A stretch of 64,000 nucleotides of DNA from Bdellovibrionales bacterium (GCA_965217115.1 OZ244239.1:192001-256000); one strand, 5' to 3'; shown: positions 49,301 through 60,653, counted from the stretch's first letter. Program-made: numbers and translations. The notes: generated by a model not told the origin, from the sequence alone.

Positions 49301-49588
49301 TTAATGATTTAACAATTTATGTGCCTGTTTAAGAACACTCAAGCGGCCTTTTTCCACATCACTCTCACCACTGTACAAAAGCTCTCTTTTCATCGCATTT
49401 AAAGTCGCCTTGACCTCAGAAGACGGACGACCTAAATGGCGCTCCATCTCTTCAATATCTAAACCCACGCGACGCTTAAAATCTCCATAGTCTTTCTTTG
49501 ATAGCATCTCAACATCATTAATAAATTTCTTTAACGCTTTTTTAGACTCCACTAGAGACCTCCATTGGCAATCATTTATTTCTGTCAT
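49301..49588 (-). CDS. Hypothetical protein
   Basis: 95-aa ORF translationally coupled to the ABC ATPase. Confidence 0.55.
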   Translation of the reverse strand: MTEINDCQWRSLVESKKALKKFINDVEMLSKKDYGDFKRRVGLDIEEMERHLGRPSSEVKATLNAMKRELLYSGESDVEKGRLSVLKQAHKLLNH

Positions 49589-50646
49589 TAACCCATAAAA
49601 GCCGTTGGCTGTCTTCTACGGGGGACAAATTCCACTGAAACCTTTGAACCTATGGTAGGAATTTCTCCATGGCTATGGCCTATAAGATTATCGCCATTTT
49701 CCAAACTAACCTCAAATATCATATGTGAACCTCGGTAATTAATAGCCTTTATTAAACCTTCAGTTCCACCGGTTTCTGATAAAACAACATTCTCAGGGCG
49801 TAACATCACGTCTACGTTATCATCATTTGAAAAAGACACCACCGATTGGCAACGTATCTCTCCCAACTCCGTATTAATAATGCAAACTCCCTCGGCATCC
49901 TTTTGACAAAAACTCCCTTTTAACCAACTTGTTGTACCTACAAAATCAGCCACAAAACGATCCACGGGGTTTTCATAGAGTTCCACAGGAAAATCCACCT
50001 GCACAACTCTTCCATTACGCAAAATAGCAATGCGATCTGCAAAATCAAAGGCTTCCTCTTGAGAGTGACTAACCATAACTGTTGTTATCTTCAACTCTCG
50101 CAATATTTTCTTCACTTCATAGAGTAGACTCTTCTTTAACTCCGGATCTAGATTAGAAAAGGGTTCATCCATCAATAGAATTTTTGGCTGACGAACCAAT
50201 GCTCTGACCAGAGCCACACGCTGTTGCTCCCCACCTGAGAGTTGGTGGGGGTATTGCTTCAAGTGTTCCTTTAAGCCTATGAGATTCATTAATTGGGAGA
50301 AAACCTTCTCGACCTCTGGCTGGGAGGACTTATCTATGCCAAAGACGATATTCTCCCTGACCGTCATGTGTGGAAATAGGGCATAATTTTGAAAGATAAG
50401 CCCCACCTCCCTCTCCTCCGCAGGTAAGTGCTCTGTAGATGATGAAACACATTTCTCCCCCAAATAAATACACCCACTACCCGCCTTTTCTAGTCCCGCA
50501 ATTAAACGCAGCAGAGTCGTTTTGCCGCAACCACTTGGACCCAGAATAGTAAATAATTCTCCTGCTCTAACTTTAAAAGAAATATCGTTTAAGATAGAAT
50601 GTCCCTCTATCTCATAACTGACATCTTCTATGATAATATCTTTCAA
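49588..50646 (-). CDS. fbpC: Fe(3+) ABC transporter ATP-binding protein
   Basis: GPSGCGKT, LSGGEQQR, DEPFSNLD, TOBE tail. Confidence 0.88.
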   Translation of the reverse strand: MKDIIIEDVSYEIEGHSILNDISFKVRAGELFTILGPSGCGKTTLLRLIAGLEKAGSGCIYLGEKCVSSSTEHLPAEEREVGLIFQNYALFPHMTVRENIVFGIDKSSQPEVEKVFSQLMNLIGLKEHLKQYPHQLSGGEQQRVALVRALVRQPKILLMDEPFSNLDPELKKSLLYEVKKILRELKITTVMVSHSQEEAFDFADRIAILRNGRVVQVDFPVELYENPVDRFVADFVGTTSWLKGSFCQKDAEGVCIINTELGEIRCQSVVSFSNDDNVDVMLRPENVVLSETGGTEGLIKAINYRGSHMIFEVSLENGDNLIGHSHGEIPTIGSKVSVEFVPRRRQPTAFMG

Positions 50647-52250
50647 TGCCTTTGCCTCCCTTGATCTGCAATGTGTTTAGATAAAAATATCAAAGGAATC
50701 AACCCTAAAAGAACAATCATCACAGATGGCAGCGCCGCTCTCTCCCACTCCCCCTCTGAAGTGAGTTCGTAGATCCTCACTGACAGAGTGTCCCAACCAA
50801 ATGGTCTCATCATAAGCGTAATGGGCATCTCCTTCATCGTGTCAATCATCACGAGTAAGAAACCCACCATGAGGCTCTTAGATAAAAGAGGAGCGTGAAT
50901 TCTCCTTAATATCTTCCATTGGCTCGCCCCCATATTTTGGGCCACTTCATCCAGAGAACGATCAATCTCATCACTCTCACTGGAAATATTTTGATAACTA
51001 ACTGCAAGAAACTTAACAATCAAAACAATCAATAGGAGAACAACAGACCCTGAGGTCAAAGCAAGAACATCCCAGCCAAGTAGGTACTCTTGCAATAATA
51101 AAATAGAAGTAAATGCTCCAACGGCCAACACTGGACCAGGCACAGCGTATCCCAACATAGATATTTTTAAAAGATTTCGGTTAAAAGAACTCCTGTCAAA
51201 CCGTCTTCCTGCAACTAACAGGAAGGACAAACTCACTACACACAGGCCCACCATGATTGCCAAGGTCAGAGAATTAAACAACTCTCCCCAATGGCTTACC
51301 TGCTCTGTTAAACCCGCTTCAGCCCAAATTAATATTTGAATAAAGGGAATAATAAACCCTATAAGAACAATTCCAGAACAGTAACAGGGCATAAGAATTC
51401 TTCCCAAAATACCTGGTTTTTTCAATCTTAACCCCGTATAAGATGTCTCACCATGGGAGTTAAACTTCACCTGTTCTCGATAGCGATTCTCCAACATAAG
51501 AAGAATGAAGACAACAGAGATTAACATCACAGATAATTGAGCCGCCGAATTAAAAGAGAAAAACCCATGCCATAATTTATAAATAGCCGTGGTAAAAGTA
51601 TCGTAATTAAACACAGACACTGCGCCGAAATCAGAGATCGTCTCCATCAGTACCAAGGCCAATGAAGCCATAATCCAGGGGGATGCCATCGGCAACGTCA
51701 CTCGTGTCATTCTCTTCCATCTACCGATACCCAGGCTGCGTCCAACCTCTTCATAGGTTCTTCCTTGGGAGATAAAAGCGTTATAGGAGGTCAAATAGAT
51801 ATACGGAAATAGCGATAACGACAGCGACACAACAAGTCCTGCATAGGAGCGAACTTCAGGGATTTGCCAATCAAGAGTTTCGCGGAAAAATGTCGCCAGA
51901 GGACTGCTGTAATCTAAGAGGCCGATAAGAACAAAGGCCAGCACATAGGCCGGCATACTTAGAGGCAGAACAGCCGCCCATTTAAAAAACCTTGCCCCAA
52001 AAAACCGATATCGAGCAAGTATCCATGCCAAGGACACACCTATTGCCGTAGATAAAAGACCCACACCAAAAATCAAGCTCAGCGTATTACCTATTAATTC
52101 CAGAAGTAGGTGGTCAAATAAATGCCGCCAAATGCCAGTGTCAAATAAGAAAAACTGACTCAATAAAAAGAGAAGCGGGCCTATAATAAATATTGAGGTT
52201 AACAACGAGAGGTGCTTCCATGAGTAGTTAAATACAGACGGCATTTTCAA
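50643..52250 (-). CDS. fbpB: Fe(3+) ABC transporter permease
   Basis: Duplicated permease domains; DFGAV, KEMPIT..RPF. Confidence 0.9.
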   Translation of the reverse strand: MKMPSVFNYSWKHLSLLTSIFIIGPLLFLLSQFFLFDTGIWRHLFDHLLLELIGNTLSLIFGVGLLSTAIGVSLAWILARYRFFGARFFKWAAVLPLSMPAYVLAFVLIGLLDYSSPLATFFRETLDWQIPEVRSYAGLVVSLSLSLFPYIYLTSYNAFISQGRTYEEVGRSLGIGRWKRMTRVTLPMASPWIMASLALVLMETISDFGAVSVFNYDTFTTAIYKLWHGFFSFNSAAQLSVMLISVVFILLMLENRYREQVKFNSHGETSYTGLRLKKPGILGRILMPCYCSGIVLIGFIIPFIQILIWAEAGLTEQVSHWGELFNSLTLAIMVGLCVVSLSFLLVAGRRFDRSSFNRNLLKISMLGYAVPGPVLAVGAFTSILLLQEYLLGWDVLALTSGSVVLLLIVLIVKFLAVSYQNISSESDEIDRSLDEVAQNMGASQWKILRRIHAPLLSKSLMVGFLLVMIDTMKEMPITLMMRPFGWDTLSVRIYELTSEGEWERAALPSVMIVLLGLIPLIFLSKHIADQGRQRH

Positions 52251-52251
52251 A

Positions 52252-53292
52252 CTACTTGTAACTCACTTCATCCATTAATCTTATAGCCGATGTCTGCAAC
52301 TCGCCAGCCCGAACTAGATTTAGATTATCTTGTTTAAAACTCCCCCAAGACTTAACGATCGGAGACGGTTTCACTTTTGGATTGACTGGATACTCCATAT
52401 TCACATCGGCAAAGATCTTTTGTGCTCTTGCACCCGATAGCCACTCTAATAGCCTCTGCGCCATTTTCTTCTTCTTACTGTATTTAATAATTCCTGCACC
52501 AGAAATATTCACATGAACGCCACGATCCCTCTGATTAGGCCAGAATAGTTTTAGATTCAGGGCTTTTTTCTTTGCATGCAAACGACCTAAATAATAAGTA
52601 TTCCCAATACCCACATCGCATTGCCCCGCTGCAATGGCCTCCATCATTTTAGTATCACTAGAAAAGACAGGGGTTGCTAGGTTTCTAATCCACCCTTGAA
52701 GAACGCTTCTTGTTTTCTGTCTTCCCAAGTGAGCTATCATTGTTGCAACCAGAGATTGGTTGTAGACTTTTTTAGATGTCCGCAGACATAATCGCCCCTT
52801 CCATTTTGGGAGTGATAGGTTCTCATAGGTCGAGAGCTCCGATGCCTTCACCTTATTGGTATTATACACAATCGTTCTGGCACGAACGGAGAGTCCAAAC
52901 CAATGGCCATCATGATCTCGCAGATGGTTTGGAATGTTTTTGCTCAGTATAGAACTTTTTATCCCCGTGAAAAGGCCCTTCACCTCAGCCGCCCAGAGGT
53001 TTCCAGCGTCCACCGTTATCAACATATCAGCCTGGGTGTTCTTGCCTTCAGCCAATAGTCGCTGTAGCAATACAGCCGCCTTGCCCGTTGTATAATTCAC
53101 TGCAATGCCTGTCTCCCTCTTAAACTCCTCCAAAACAGGTTTTAATAGATGTTCTTTTCGGGCTGAATAAACAACCAGTTCTTTTGTCCAGACCGTCTGT
53201 ACAAGTGATAGTATGATCGTAAATAAAAAAACCCAGCCCATCCATTTAGATTCCATAGTGATAGAGGGATAGCTTAGTTGGTGTTTAACCAC
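52252..53292 (-). CDS. fbpA: Fe(3+) ABC transporter substrate-binding protein; start may be about 12 codons downstream
   Basis: VYSARKEHL, TVDAGNL, NTYY, G.HVNISG. Confidence 0.9.
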   Translation of the reverse strand: MVKHQLSYPSITMESKWMGWVFLFTIILSLVQTVWTKELVVYSARKEHLLKPVLEEFKRETGIAVNYTTGKAAVLLQRLLAEGKNTQADMLITVDAGNLWAAEVKGLFTGIKSSILSKNIPNHLRDHDGHWFGLSVRARTIVYNTNKVKASELSTYENLSLPKWKGRLCLRTSKKVYNQSLVATMIAHLGRQKTRSVLQGWIRNLATPVFSSDTKMMEAIAAGQCDVGIGNTYYLGRLHAKKKALNLKLFWPNQRDRGVHVNISGAGIIKYSKKKKMAQRLLEWLSGARAQKIFADVNMEYPVNPKVKPSPIVKSWGSFKQDNLNLVRAGELQTSAIRLMDEVSYK

Positions 53293-53485
53293 AATTAGTC
53301 TTGGCCAATAGGAGTTAAGTGAAAGCTAAGTGAAAAAGACACACCCCCGTTCAATGCCTCTGGTTTGTAGGTGTCGACAAGATAAAATAATCAAATTCAA
53401 TAAAAGCTGTATAAAACACGTTTAAACAACGCTCCCATTCATATTTAAGTTTATCTTTAGACGTCGTCGTAGTTAAATCAAGACT

Positions 53486-54259
53486 ATGGGTTCCTATGAA
53501 GTGCATCTACTACCGGCATTAAATGATAATTATATTCCCATTATCTGTGATTTATCCTCAAACTCAGCCCTCGTCATTGACCCTGCTTGTTCTGCAACTG
53601 TTGAAGGCTTCCTCTCTAGACAGAATCTGAAACTCACCCACATACTCAATACCCATCACCACCATGATCATGTTGGTGGAAATCTTGATCTGAAGCGAAA
53701 ACATCCCCAGGTGTGCATTATCGGCATTGATGTTGATGCCCAACGTATTCCTGGAATTGATCGGCGGTGTAGCGAAGGAGAAGTTCTTAAATTTGGTGAT
53801 CTCTCAGCCCAGGTTCTCTTTGTACCCGGACATACTTTAGGACATTGCGCCTATTATTTCTCTGAACTCACCGCCGTTTTTAGTGGTGACGTTTTATTCT
53901 CTTGCGGTTGTGGCCGTTTATTTGAAGGGACCCCCCATCAAATGTGGCAGAGTCTCCTTAAGCTCCGTCAGTTACCCGATGACACCCTTGTTTATTGTGC
54001 CCATGAGTACACACTTGCAAACATTGAATTTGCCCTGTCTATTCTGCCAGAAGATAAGAATCTCTTAGAATTTCAAAGAAAAAGCGCTTTACGACGCCAC
54101 AACGGACAGCCCACGATTCCAACAACGATTGGTGTTGAAAAAGCTTTAAATCCATTTTTACGAGCTGATTCCCCTGAAATACAGGAGTTCTTGGGTATAA
54201 AAGATCAGAATGCAGAGAAAACATTCCTTCAGTTAAGAAAACTTAAAGATCAACATTGA
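53486..54259 (+). CDS. gloB: Hydroxyacylglutathione hydrolase (glyoxalase II)
   Basis: THHHHDHVGG, GCGRLFEG, CAHEYT, NPFLR. Confidence 0.95.
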   Translation: MGSYEVHLLPALNDNYIPIICDLSSNSALVIDPACSATVEGFLSRQNLKLTHILNTHHHHDHVGGNLDLKRKHPQVCIIGIDVDAQRIPGIDRRCSEGEVLKFGDLSAQVLFVPGHTLGHCAYYFSELTAVFSGDVLFSCGCGRLFEGTPHQMWQSLLKLRQLPDDTLVYCAHEYTLANIEFALSILPEDKNLLEFQRKSALRRHNGQPTIPTTIGVEKALNPFLRADSPEIQEFLGIKDQNAEKTFLQLRKLKDQH

Positions 54260-54323
54260 TTTTTCCCTCGAATTTGCCAAGATAACATGAGTTTTTACGG
54301 AATTTTATTTTTAGGAGTCATCC

Positions 54324-56000
54324 ATGGTTCGTATTCCCACCCTATTACTCTCCCTCATTTTATTGAGTCTCCATGTTTATTCTTCTAACCCCCTCCGTCC
54401 TATTCGGGCTGATAATCCCCGGGATACAATGCGTACTTTCATGGAAGCCATGAATCATTACCGCCAGGGAGTTCAGGAGAACAACCCAGACCTTAAAGCT
54501 GATCTCAAACGTGCTATTTCATGTTTAGATTTAAGGGAGACACCCTACCTCCTGCGCCAAGAGACTGGAAAAGAAGCCGCCATACTTATAAAAGAAGTTA
54601 TTGATCGTGTCATTGTGATTGATTACGCCAAAATTCCCGAAACTATCGAAGGAAGAAATTTCTGGCGACTTAAGAACACCAATATTCGTATCACCAAAGT
54701 AGACACAGGCGAACATACAGGTGAATGGCTCTTTAGCCCAAGCACTGTTAATCAAGCCCGTGAGTTCTTTCACAAAATTCGCAATCTCCCCTATCTAGCT
54801 GGAAGCGGACAAGGAGCAAAGTACAAAGAGCCACTTATGCAAAAGCTTATTCCACAATGGGCCAAGAGTAAAACCCTGGGCCTCTATAATTGGCAGTGGT
54901 TCGGAGTGCTCATTGTTACCTTATTTGGAGTGGTTATTCGTCTTCTCGTCTCTCTCGTCTTTTCAATTCTACAAAAGGGCATTACTAAGACAGTGACCCT
55001 CTGGGATGACCGTATTTTCTCTACCATTGAAACTCCCCTCTCACTCATCCTCACCTCTATTTTTTGGTACATTGCGGTGGCAGTTTTACAACTCGAAGGG
55101 CTTTTCCGACAATTTATATTATTGGGCCTACAGATCCTTATCAGCGTCGCTCTGGTGCGTCTAGTCTATCTATTAACTGTTATTTTCTCCGACTATCTTG
55201 AAGACAAGGCCAGAAAAACTGATTTCCCACTGGATGACCAACTTGTTCCACTTATTCGTAAGACTTTAAAGCTTTCAGTCATTGTTCTAGGAGCCCTTAT
55301 CGCTGTACAAAACCTAGGAGTTAATGTTCTCTCATTGCTTGCAGGTCTCGGCCTTGGAGGTCTAGCTCTAGCTATGGCCGCAAAGGACACTGCGGCTAAT
55401 TTGTTTGGCTCAATCATGATTATTCTCGATAAACCCTTTAAGGTCGGTGAGTGGATTGTCTGTGGTGATGTTGAAGGAATTGTTGAAGAGATAGGGTTTC
55501 GCTCGACCCGCGTCCGCACCTTCTATAACTCGGAGGTCTCTGTTCCTAACGCCCAGCTTGCCAGTCAGAATATTGATAATATGGGTAAGAGACAGTACCG
55601 AAGAGTGCGTGCGACTTTAGGGTTAACTTATGATACCTCCCCTGAAAAAATTGAAGCTTTCCTTGAAGGTTTAAGGAATATTGTTTTAACCAACCCATGC
55701 ACTAATAAAGAGAATTTCCAAATCTGCTTTCACAGTTATGGAGATTTTAGTTTGAATATTTTGCTCTATCTATTCTTGGAAGTGCCAAACTGGTCCCGTG
55801 AACTCTTAGAGAGACAAAATATTTTCTTGGAAGTCCTCAAGTTGGCCGAAAAGTTAGAAATTCAATTTGCCTTTCCCACTCAAACGTTGCACGTGGACAG
55901 CTTTCCTGAAAAAAAATCTAATAACATTCCCACTGTCTTAACCTCTGAGGAACTTCGTCAGAAGGCCGAGTCTTTTAAATTTAAAGAGTTAGATACTTGA
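54324..56000 (+). CDS. MscS-family mechanosensitive channel
   Basis: AGLGLGGLALA, DKPFKVG, IGFRSTR, FAFPTQT. Confidence 0.92.
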   Translation: MVRIPTLLLSLILLSLHVYSSNPLRPIRADNPRDTMRTFMEAMNHYRQGVQENNPDLKADLKRAISCLDLRETPYLLRQETGKEAAILIKEVIDRVIVIDYAKIPETIEGRNFWRLKNTNIRITKVDTGEHTGEWLFSPSTVNQAREFFHKIRNLPYLAGSGQGAKYKEPLMQKLIPQWAKSKTLGLYNWQWFGVLIVTLFGVVIRLLVSLVFSILQKGITKTVTLWDDRIFSTIETPLSLILTSIFWYIAVAVLQLEGLFRQFILLGLQILISVALVRLVYLLTVIFSDYLEDKARKTDFPLDDQLVPLIRKTLKLSVIVLGALIAVQNLGVNVLSLLAGLGLGGLALAMAAKDTAANLFGSIMIILDKPFKVGEWIVCGDVEGIVEEIGFRSTRVRTFYNSEVSVPNAQLASQNIDNMGKRQYRRVRATLGLTYDTSPEKIEAFLEGLRNIVLTNPCTNKENFQICFHSYGDFSLNILLYLFLEVPNWSRELLERQNIFLEVLKLAEKLEIQFAFPTQTLHVDSFPEKKSNNIPTVLTSEELRQKAESFKFKELDT

Positions 56001-56034
56001 AGAGATCTCCCCTTAAAATATGCTTAAGGGGCTA

Positions 56035-57045
56035 TTAAAGATTAAAGGCCTTTTTCCAAGCTCCAAAAAGCAGTCTCGAAATATCTTTTCCATCAATTTT
56101 TCTATTCTTATTCCGCCAGCGTACAAGTCGATTTCCATTGATTTCAAGGCCCCATATAGGGTTTATCATCTCTGGCTCCATTGAGAAACGTGCATTTAGG
56201 ATGATATCTTTATCTCCAGTCACCCAGCCGTCAGTGAACCAGTAGAAATCCTTAATGCTCTCCTTTAATTTGGCATCCACATGGGCAAAAGTGCTCTGAG
56301 GTAGCAAAGCCCTGGATTCACCTTCAACAACTTGATTCTCTCTGTTGGGAAGAATATAAAAGCTGTCAGCAAAAATTTCCCCTCGATAAAGGTAGAGTGA
56401 TCTCCACTGAAACAAATTATTTAATGTGGGCATGGTACGGGCTCTCTCTATCTTGTGTCCCCTTGATTCTGCTAATCTCCTCTGTTCTAAACTTGCCTGG
56501 TGATTTTGCCAAAAACCAAAAGTCGTGTAGAGAGACACAAGCATTAGGGATAGAATCGTGCCCCTCTTTTTCTTAGTTATTTGCGTGTACACACAACCTG
56601 TTAATAAAATACTTGTAAAAAACAAGTCCACTATGGGTAGGACATCCAGTGCGACACGGTACAAAGAGAATGGCCAGAACCAGACAGTTCCGTAGGAAGT
56701 GAATATATCAACGAACCCATGGGTCGCCATGCCCACAAGAACCACCTTATAGTAAAAAGAGAAGGGGGTCTTTCTCTTATAATAGAGCCATAGAAGGAAG
56801 GTAAATAACAGCGAGCCTATGGGAATAAAAAAAAGGGAATGGGTAAAATGACGATGGTAGAACAGACCCACCATTGGGTTTTGATGTAAACCAAAGATCA
56901 CATCTAAGTCAGGAAACATCGCACTCAAGGCGCCTATCCACCACAGGGAGTGGGGTCTCTCTTCTCTATCGATGTTATCACTTTTAGCTGCAAAAACCAT
57001 CTGTGTGGCGGCTGCGCCTAAAAGCCCTTGAGTGACTGGATCCAT
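56035..57045 (-). CDS. Inner-membrane metal-dependent hydrolase (YdjM family)
   Basis: MDPVTQ, PDLD, HRHFTHS, H..D..TSYGT. Confidence 0.9.
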   Translation of the reverse strand: MDPVTQGLLGAAATQMVFAAKSDNIDREERPHSLWWIGALSAMFPDLDVIFGLHQNPMVGLFYHRHFTHSLFFIPIGSLLFTFLLWLYYKRKTPFSFYYKVVLVGMATHGFVDIFTSYGTVWFWPFSLYRVALDVLPIVDLFFTSILLTGCVYTQITKKKRGTILSLMLVSLYTTFGFWQNHQASLEQRRLAESRGHKIERARTMPTLNNLFQWRSLYLYRGEIFADSFYILPNRENQVVEGESRALLPQSTFAHVDAKLKESIKDFYWFTDGWVTGDKDIILNARFSMEPEMINPIWGLEINGNRLVRWRNKNRKIDGKDISRLLFGAWKKAFNL

Positions 57046-57252
57046 TTAATGAGAGTAGCTTATTTCCGAGCTATTAAGGAAGGATTTCAATGATTTTTTG
57101 ATACACAACGACGTCAGAAGATAAATTCAGATATGGAAATAATGACTCTGTGCATAAAATATCAAGTGACAGTTTAACTCTCATCCCTAAACCCTTGACT
57201 CTTAAACGGCTCCCATGGGACTCCTGTTTTGAAATAACTAAGGAGAAATATT

Positions 57253-59883
57253 ATGTCCCGTCCATCAAGCATATTAACAGCTCTTATTGGAGTCTTTTTC
57301 ATAGGAACCCAGAGCGCTCAAGCTCAAGAGGGAGAGGGCAAAGCCTCTGTTCCCTCTACAAACATTGAGAAGATCCAAGTCACGGGTTCCCACATTAAGC
57401 GGATCAATATAGAAGGCCCCTCCCCTGTTCAAATTCTCGACCGCGAGGATTTAAAACAGAGTGGTTATAACTCCATCTCCGATGTTCTGCGTGATATTTC
57501 AGCCAGTTCTTTTGGAGCCCCCCGCGAAGCTTCTGGAGGTGGAGCTGAAGGTGTGGCGGCGACTGTCAGTCTCAGGGGATTGGGCCCTGATCGCACCCTT
57601 GTTCTTCTCAATGGCAAACGTATTTCCATCGGCCCCGCTGATCTTAATCTCCTGAGCATGGCTGCTGTGGAGCGGATTGAGATTCTTAAGGATGGCGCTT
57701 CTGCCACCTATGGCTCAGATGCTCTTGGGGGAGTTGTCAATATTATCACTCGAAAGGACTATCAGGGCTTCCGCTTTGAGGTTCAACAATCAGCCACTGA
57801 ACTTAAGGGGGGTCAAAAAGGTCATTTTAACTTTATGACTGGACACAACACACGAAAATTTTCAAGCCTGGCTGTTCTGAGTTACAAGAACAACGACATT
57901 ATTTATGATCGTGATCGCAAATGGACGTATTTAACAAATAAGGATCGTTTTAGCACTCTTGGCAATCCTGGCAGTTTCTACAATACAACTCCTGTGACCC
58001 AAGAGGATGGAACAATCGTCGATGAAGCAACGGGGCTTATGCATGCTGATCCTGAGTGTCCTGCGAGTCTTCTCGTCCAGGATGCCAATGGCGAGCACTG
58101 TGCCTTTAATTGGTCAGAATTTTCCACGTCTCTACCAGAGATAAAACAACTGGCCTTCCTAGGGGATTCAACCTACGAGTGGTCTCCTGGTCATAAGATT
58201 TTTTCCCGTCTAAGCTATGTTCAACGTCAGGTCAAATACATCTATGCATCCACCCCTGATATCTTCAATATCCCAAATCCTGGAAATCTACCTGATGCTA
58301 CGAGTGATCCCATTCAAGCCCTCTATCGCTTGACCGATCTAGGTGACAGGGTCAGTGAACTCACATCAGATGTTTTTGGTCTCCTCCTCGGAACTTCGGG
58401 TGAAGTCGGAGCCAGCTGGGAGTGGACTGCTGAGGCCAATATTCGTCAAGAAGACACGGTGGATCGTGGCACCAACGGTTTTGCCCGCAAAGATGTCCTA
58501 AGTGAATTGATCGCTACAGGGGTGTACAGCCCTTTTGCAGCAGGTGATAAGGGGGATGTCTCTTCAGCTGCCCATGTCAGTGAAGCCAAGGATCACAAGT
58601 TGGTTTACAACTTAGAACTTAAGGCCGCAGGTGAGATCATGGACCTTCAACACGGTCCCCTCAATATCGCTGTTGGCACAGTGGGTTCCTGGGAAGAATT
58701 TGAAACGACGGTGGACGATGTCACGAAGGCGGGGAACCTCTATGGAGGTGCTGGTACCGAAGGAGAAGGTTCTCGTAATATCCAATCCCTCTACACCGAG
58801 CTCTCGGCCAATGTGCTTCCCAACCTCGAAGTTCAGTGGGCAGGTCGAATTGATCACTACAATGATTTTGGCACAACGGCCAATCCTAAATTGGCTTTGC
58901 GTTGGCAAGTTCGCCCGGATCTTCTTATACGTAGTTCTGCAGGCACTGGCTTTCGCGCGCCCACCACTGACAACCTCCATGCAGGAGAAAGTTATGGCTA
59001 TCCCACCTTTATTGATCACGTCTCTTGTGATAGACAGAAGAAGGCAAACGGTGGTGATATCGACCGAGGGAACACTCCCGATTGCTTTGCGAAACAATAT
59101 AAAGTTCGGAGTGATGGCAACAAAGATCTCGAAGAAGAGAAATCCACATCCTACAATATCGGAGCTGTTTACCAACCGACGAAGAACCTTAGTTTTGGCC
59201 TTGATCTTTGGAAGATGCAAATTAAAAATTCCATTGGAGTTAGTTATGGAGCCATCACCCAGGCTGAATTTGCAGGGTCTGATTTAGGAGCCCACGGCAT
59301 TAAGATTGATCGTTCGACTGATGATAATGGTACTCCTGATGATCCTAGTGATGATATCCAGAACGTTGGGACTTTGAAGCAAATAACAGCCCCCTTGCTT
59401 AATCTCTCCCAAACTGATCTTTCAGGTCTTGATCTTGTGGGAGAGTACAACTTTCGCGCTCCCTATCTATCAAAGACAAAAGCTCAATTTCGTTTAGAAA
59501 GCTCTGTTCTCTTTGAGTACAAAGAGACCCCTTTCCCTGGATCTGTCACTGTTGATGAAATCGACATGAGCGGCTCTCCTCAATGGAAGAGCTCTGCTTC
59601 CCTGGCCCTGTCCCGCCATGCCCATTCCCTGTATCTATTGGCAAGAACGATTGCTGGCCAAGAAAAAGAGGTGCGAGAATGGGGTCGTATTCCTGAACAC
59701 ACAGAGTGGGATTTACAGTACAAATACAGCGGCGAGCACTACGGAGCAGTGACAGTGGGAGTGAAAAACCTTTTCGGAGACACTCCACCCATTGACGATT
59801 CAAAGGACGCTGATCAGGGAAACACCGATCTCTACGAGGAAGTGGGAAGATACGTCTATGTCAATTACTCCTACGAAATATGA
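57253..59883 (+). CDS. TonB-dependent receptor
   Basis: VTGSHIKR, LRGLG..RTLVLLNGKR, DGASATYGSDA. Confidence 0.95.
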   Translation: MSRPSSILTALIGVFFIGTQSAQAQEGEGKASVPSTNIEKIQVTGSHIKRINIEGPSPVQILDREDLKQSGYNSISDVLRDISASSFGAPREASGGGAEGVAATVSLRGLGPDRTLVLLNGKRISIGPADLNLLSMAAVERIEILKDGASATYGSDALGGVVNIITRKDYQGFRFEVQQSATELKGGQKGHFNFMTGHNTRKFSSLAVLSYKNNDIIYDRDRKWTYLTNKDRFSTLGNPGSFYNTTPVTQEDGTIVDEATGLMHADPECPASLLVQDANGEHCAFNWSEFSTSLPEIKQLAFLGDSTYEWSPGHKIFSRLSYVQRQVKYIYASTPDIFNIPNPGNLPDATSDPIQALYRLTDLGDRVSELTSDVFGLLLGTSGEVGASWEWTAEANIRQEDTVDRGTNGFARKDVLSELIATGVYSPFAAGDKGDVSSAAHVSEAKDHKLVYNLELKAAGEIMDLQHGPLNIAVGTVGSWEEFETTVDDVTKAGNLYGGAGTEGEGSRNIQSLYTELSANVLPNLEVQWAGRIDHYNDFGTTANPKLALRWQVRPDLLIRSSAGTGFRAPTTDNLHAGESYGYPTFIDHVSCDRQKKANGGDIDRGNTPDCFAKQYKVRSDGNKDLEEEKSTSYNIGAVYQPTKNLSFGLDLWKMQIKNSIGVSYGAITQAEFAGSDLGAHGIKIDRSTDDNGTPDDPSDDIQNVGTLKQITAPLLNLSQTDLSGLDLVGEYNFRAPYLSKTKAQFRLESSVLFEYKETPFPGSVTVDEIDMSGSPQWKSSASLALSRHAHSLYLLARTIAGQEKEVREWGRIPEHTEWDLQYKYSGEHYGAVTVGVKNLFGDTPPIDDSKDADQGNTDLYEEVGRYVYVNYSYEI

Positions 59884-59987
59884 GCCCAGTAACACTTCTC
59901 TAATCACACCCCATTGAAAATGACGACGGAAGGTCTCTATTGACCTTCCTTAGTCAGTTAAGTTAAAACACGACTGTGATCTTTTCT

Positions 59988-60061
59988 GGTGGTGTAGCCA
60001 AGAGGCTAGGCAGCGGATTGCAAATCCGTCGACGTCGGTTCGAATCCGGCCACCACCTCCA
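59988..60061 (+). tRNA. tRNA-Cys(GCA)
   Basis: 74-nt cloverleaf, anticodon GCA, U73, encoded CCA. Confidence 0.97.
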
Positions 60062-60161
60062 ATCTAGAGTTTTCTAAAGACTTAAACCAAAGAATCAGAG
60101 TTTCGCTAATTCGGAGTATCTAATGACTTTAACAACTCGACAGAGGGATAGTTTTTTGGTT

Positions 60162-60266
60162 TTAGTAACGAAAATCAAATAGTGTAGACTCTTTTACACC
60201 CGGTAATCTAGCAATGGTTCTCAAAGTCGTCGCCTTTGGATCGCTCTTGCCAGATACAATGACGTG
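60162..60266 (-). pseudogene. C-terminal remnant of an XRE HTH regulator
   Basis: IVSGKSDPKATTLRTIARLPGVKESTLFDFRY*; N-terminal half missing. Confidence 0.55.
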
Positions 60267-60312
60267 TTTGCAAAAAAATTCTATTTTCGTTACCTGTAGG
60301 CATTAAAATCTG

Positions 60313-60624
60313 CTACGCCACATCTAAACCAACAGACTCAACACTCATTTTAACCCTCAAACCAAATACCTTTTGCAAATACTTATCAATGGACTTGGTG
60401 GAGATTTTTTTTCTCCCTTGCACAAAATCTGACACATACTGGATAGAGAGTTCCGCTCTATCGGCAAAAGCTTGAAGCCCCATAGAGGTGATCGTCACCC
60501 TCAAAGTATCTTCCAAACCCATGCCCTCTTCATTAATCAAAGTTGTCACATAGGCTTGGGAAAATTCGAGATCCTCAAATTCAGATGCCACCAATTCATT
60601 AAAATCCTTGTGCCTATTTGCCAT
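60313..60624 (-). CDS. HTH addiction-module antitoxin-like protein
   Basis: GGAGG RBS; HTH GLQAFADRAELSIQYVS. Confidence 0.7.
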   Translation of the reverse strand: MANRHKDFNELVASEFEDLEFSQAYVTTLINEEGMGLEDTLRVTITSMGLQAFADRAELSIQYVSDFVQGRKKISTKSIDKYLQKVFGLRVKMSVESVGLDVA

Positions 60625-60653
60625 AACTCCTCCAATACTTAAAGCAAAAAAAT

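Noticed and set aside
58612..59287. Long alternative-frame ORFs (202 and 218 aa) inside the TonB receptor, and other shadow ORFs in the track
   Set aside because: They lie entirely within well-supported genes and have no recognisable motifs.
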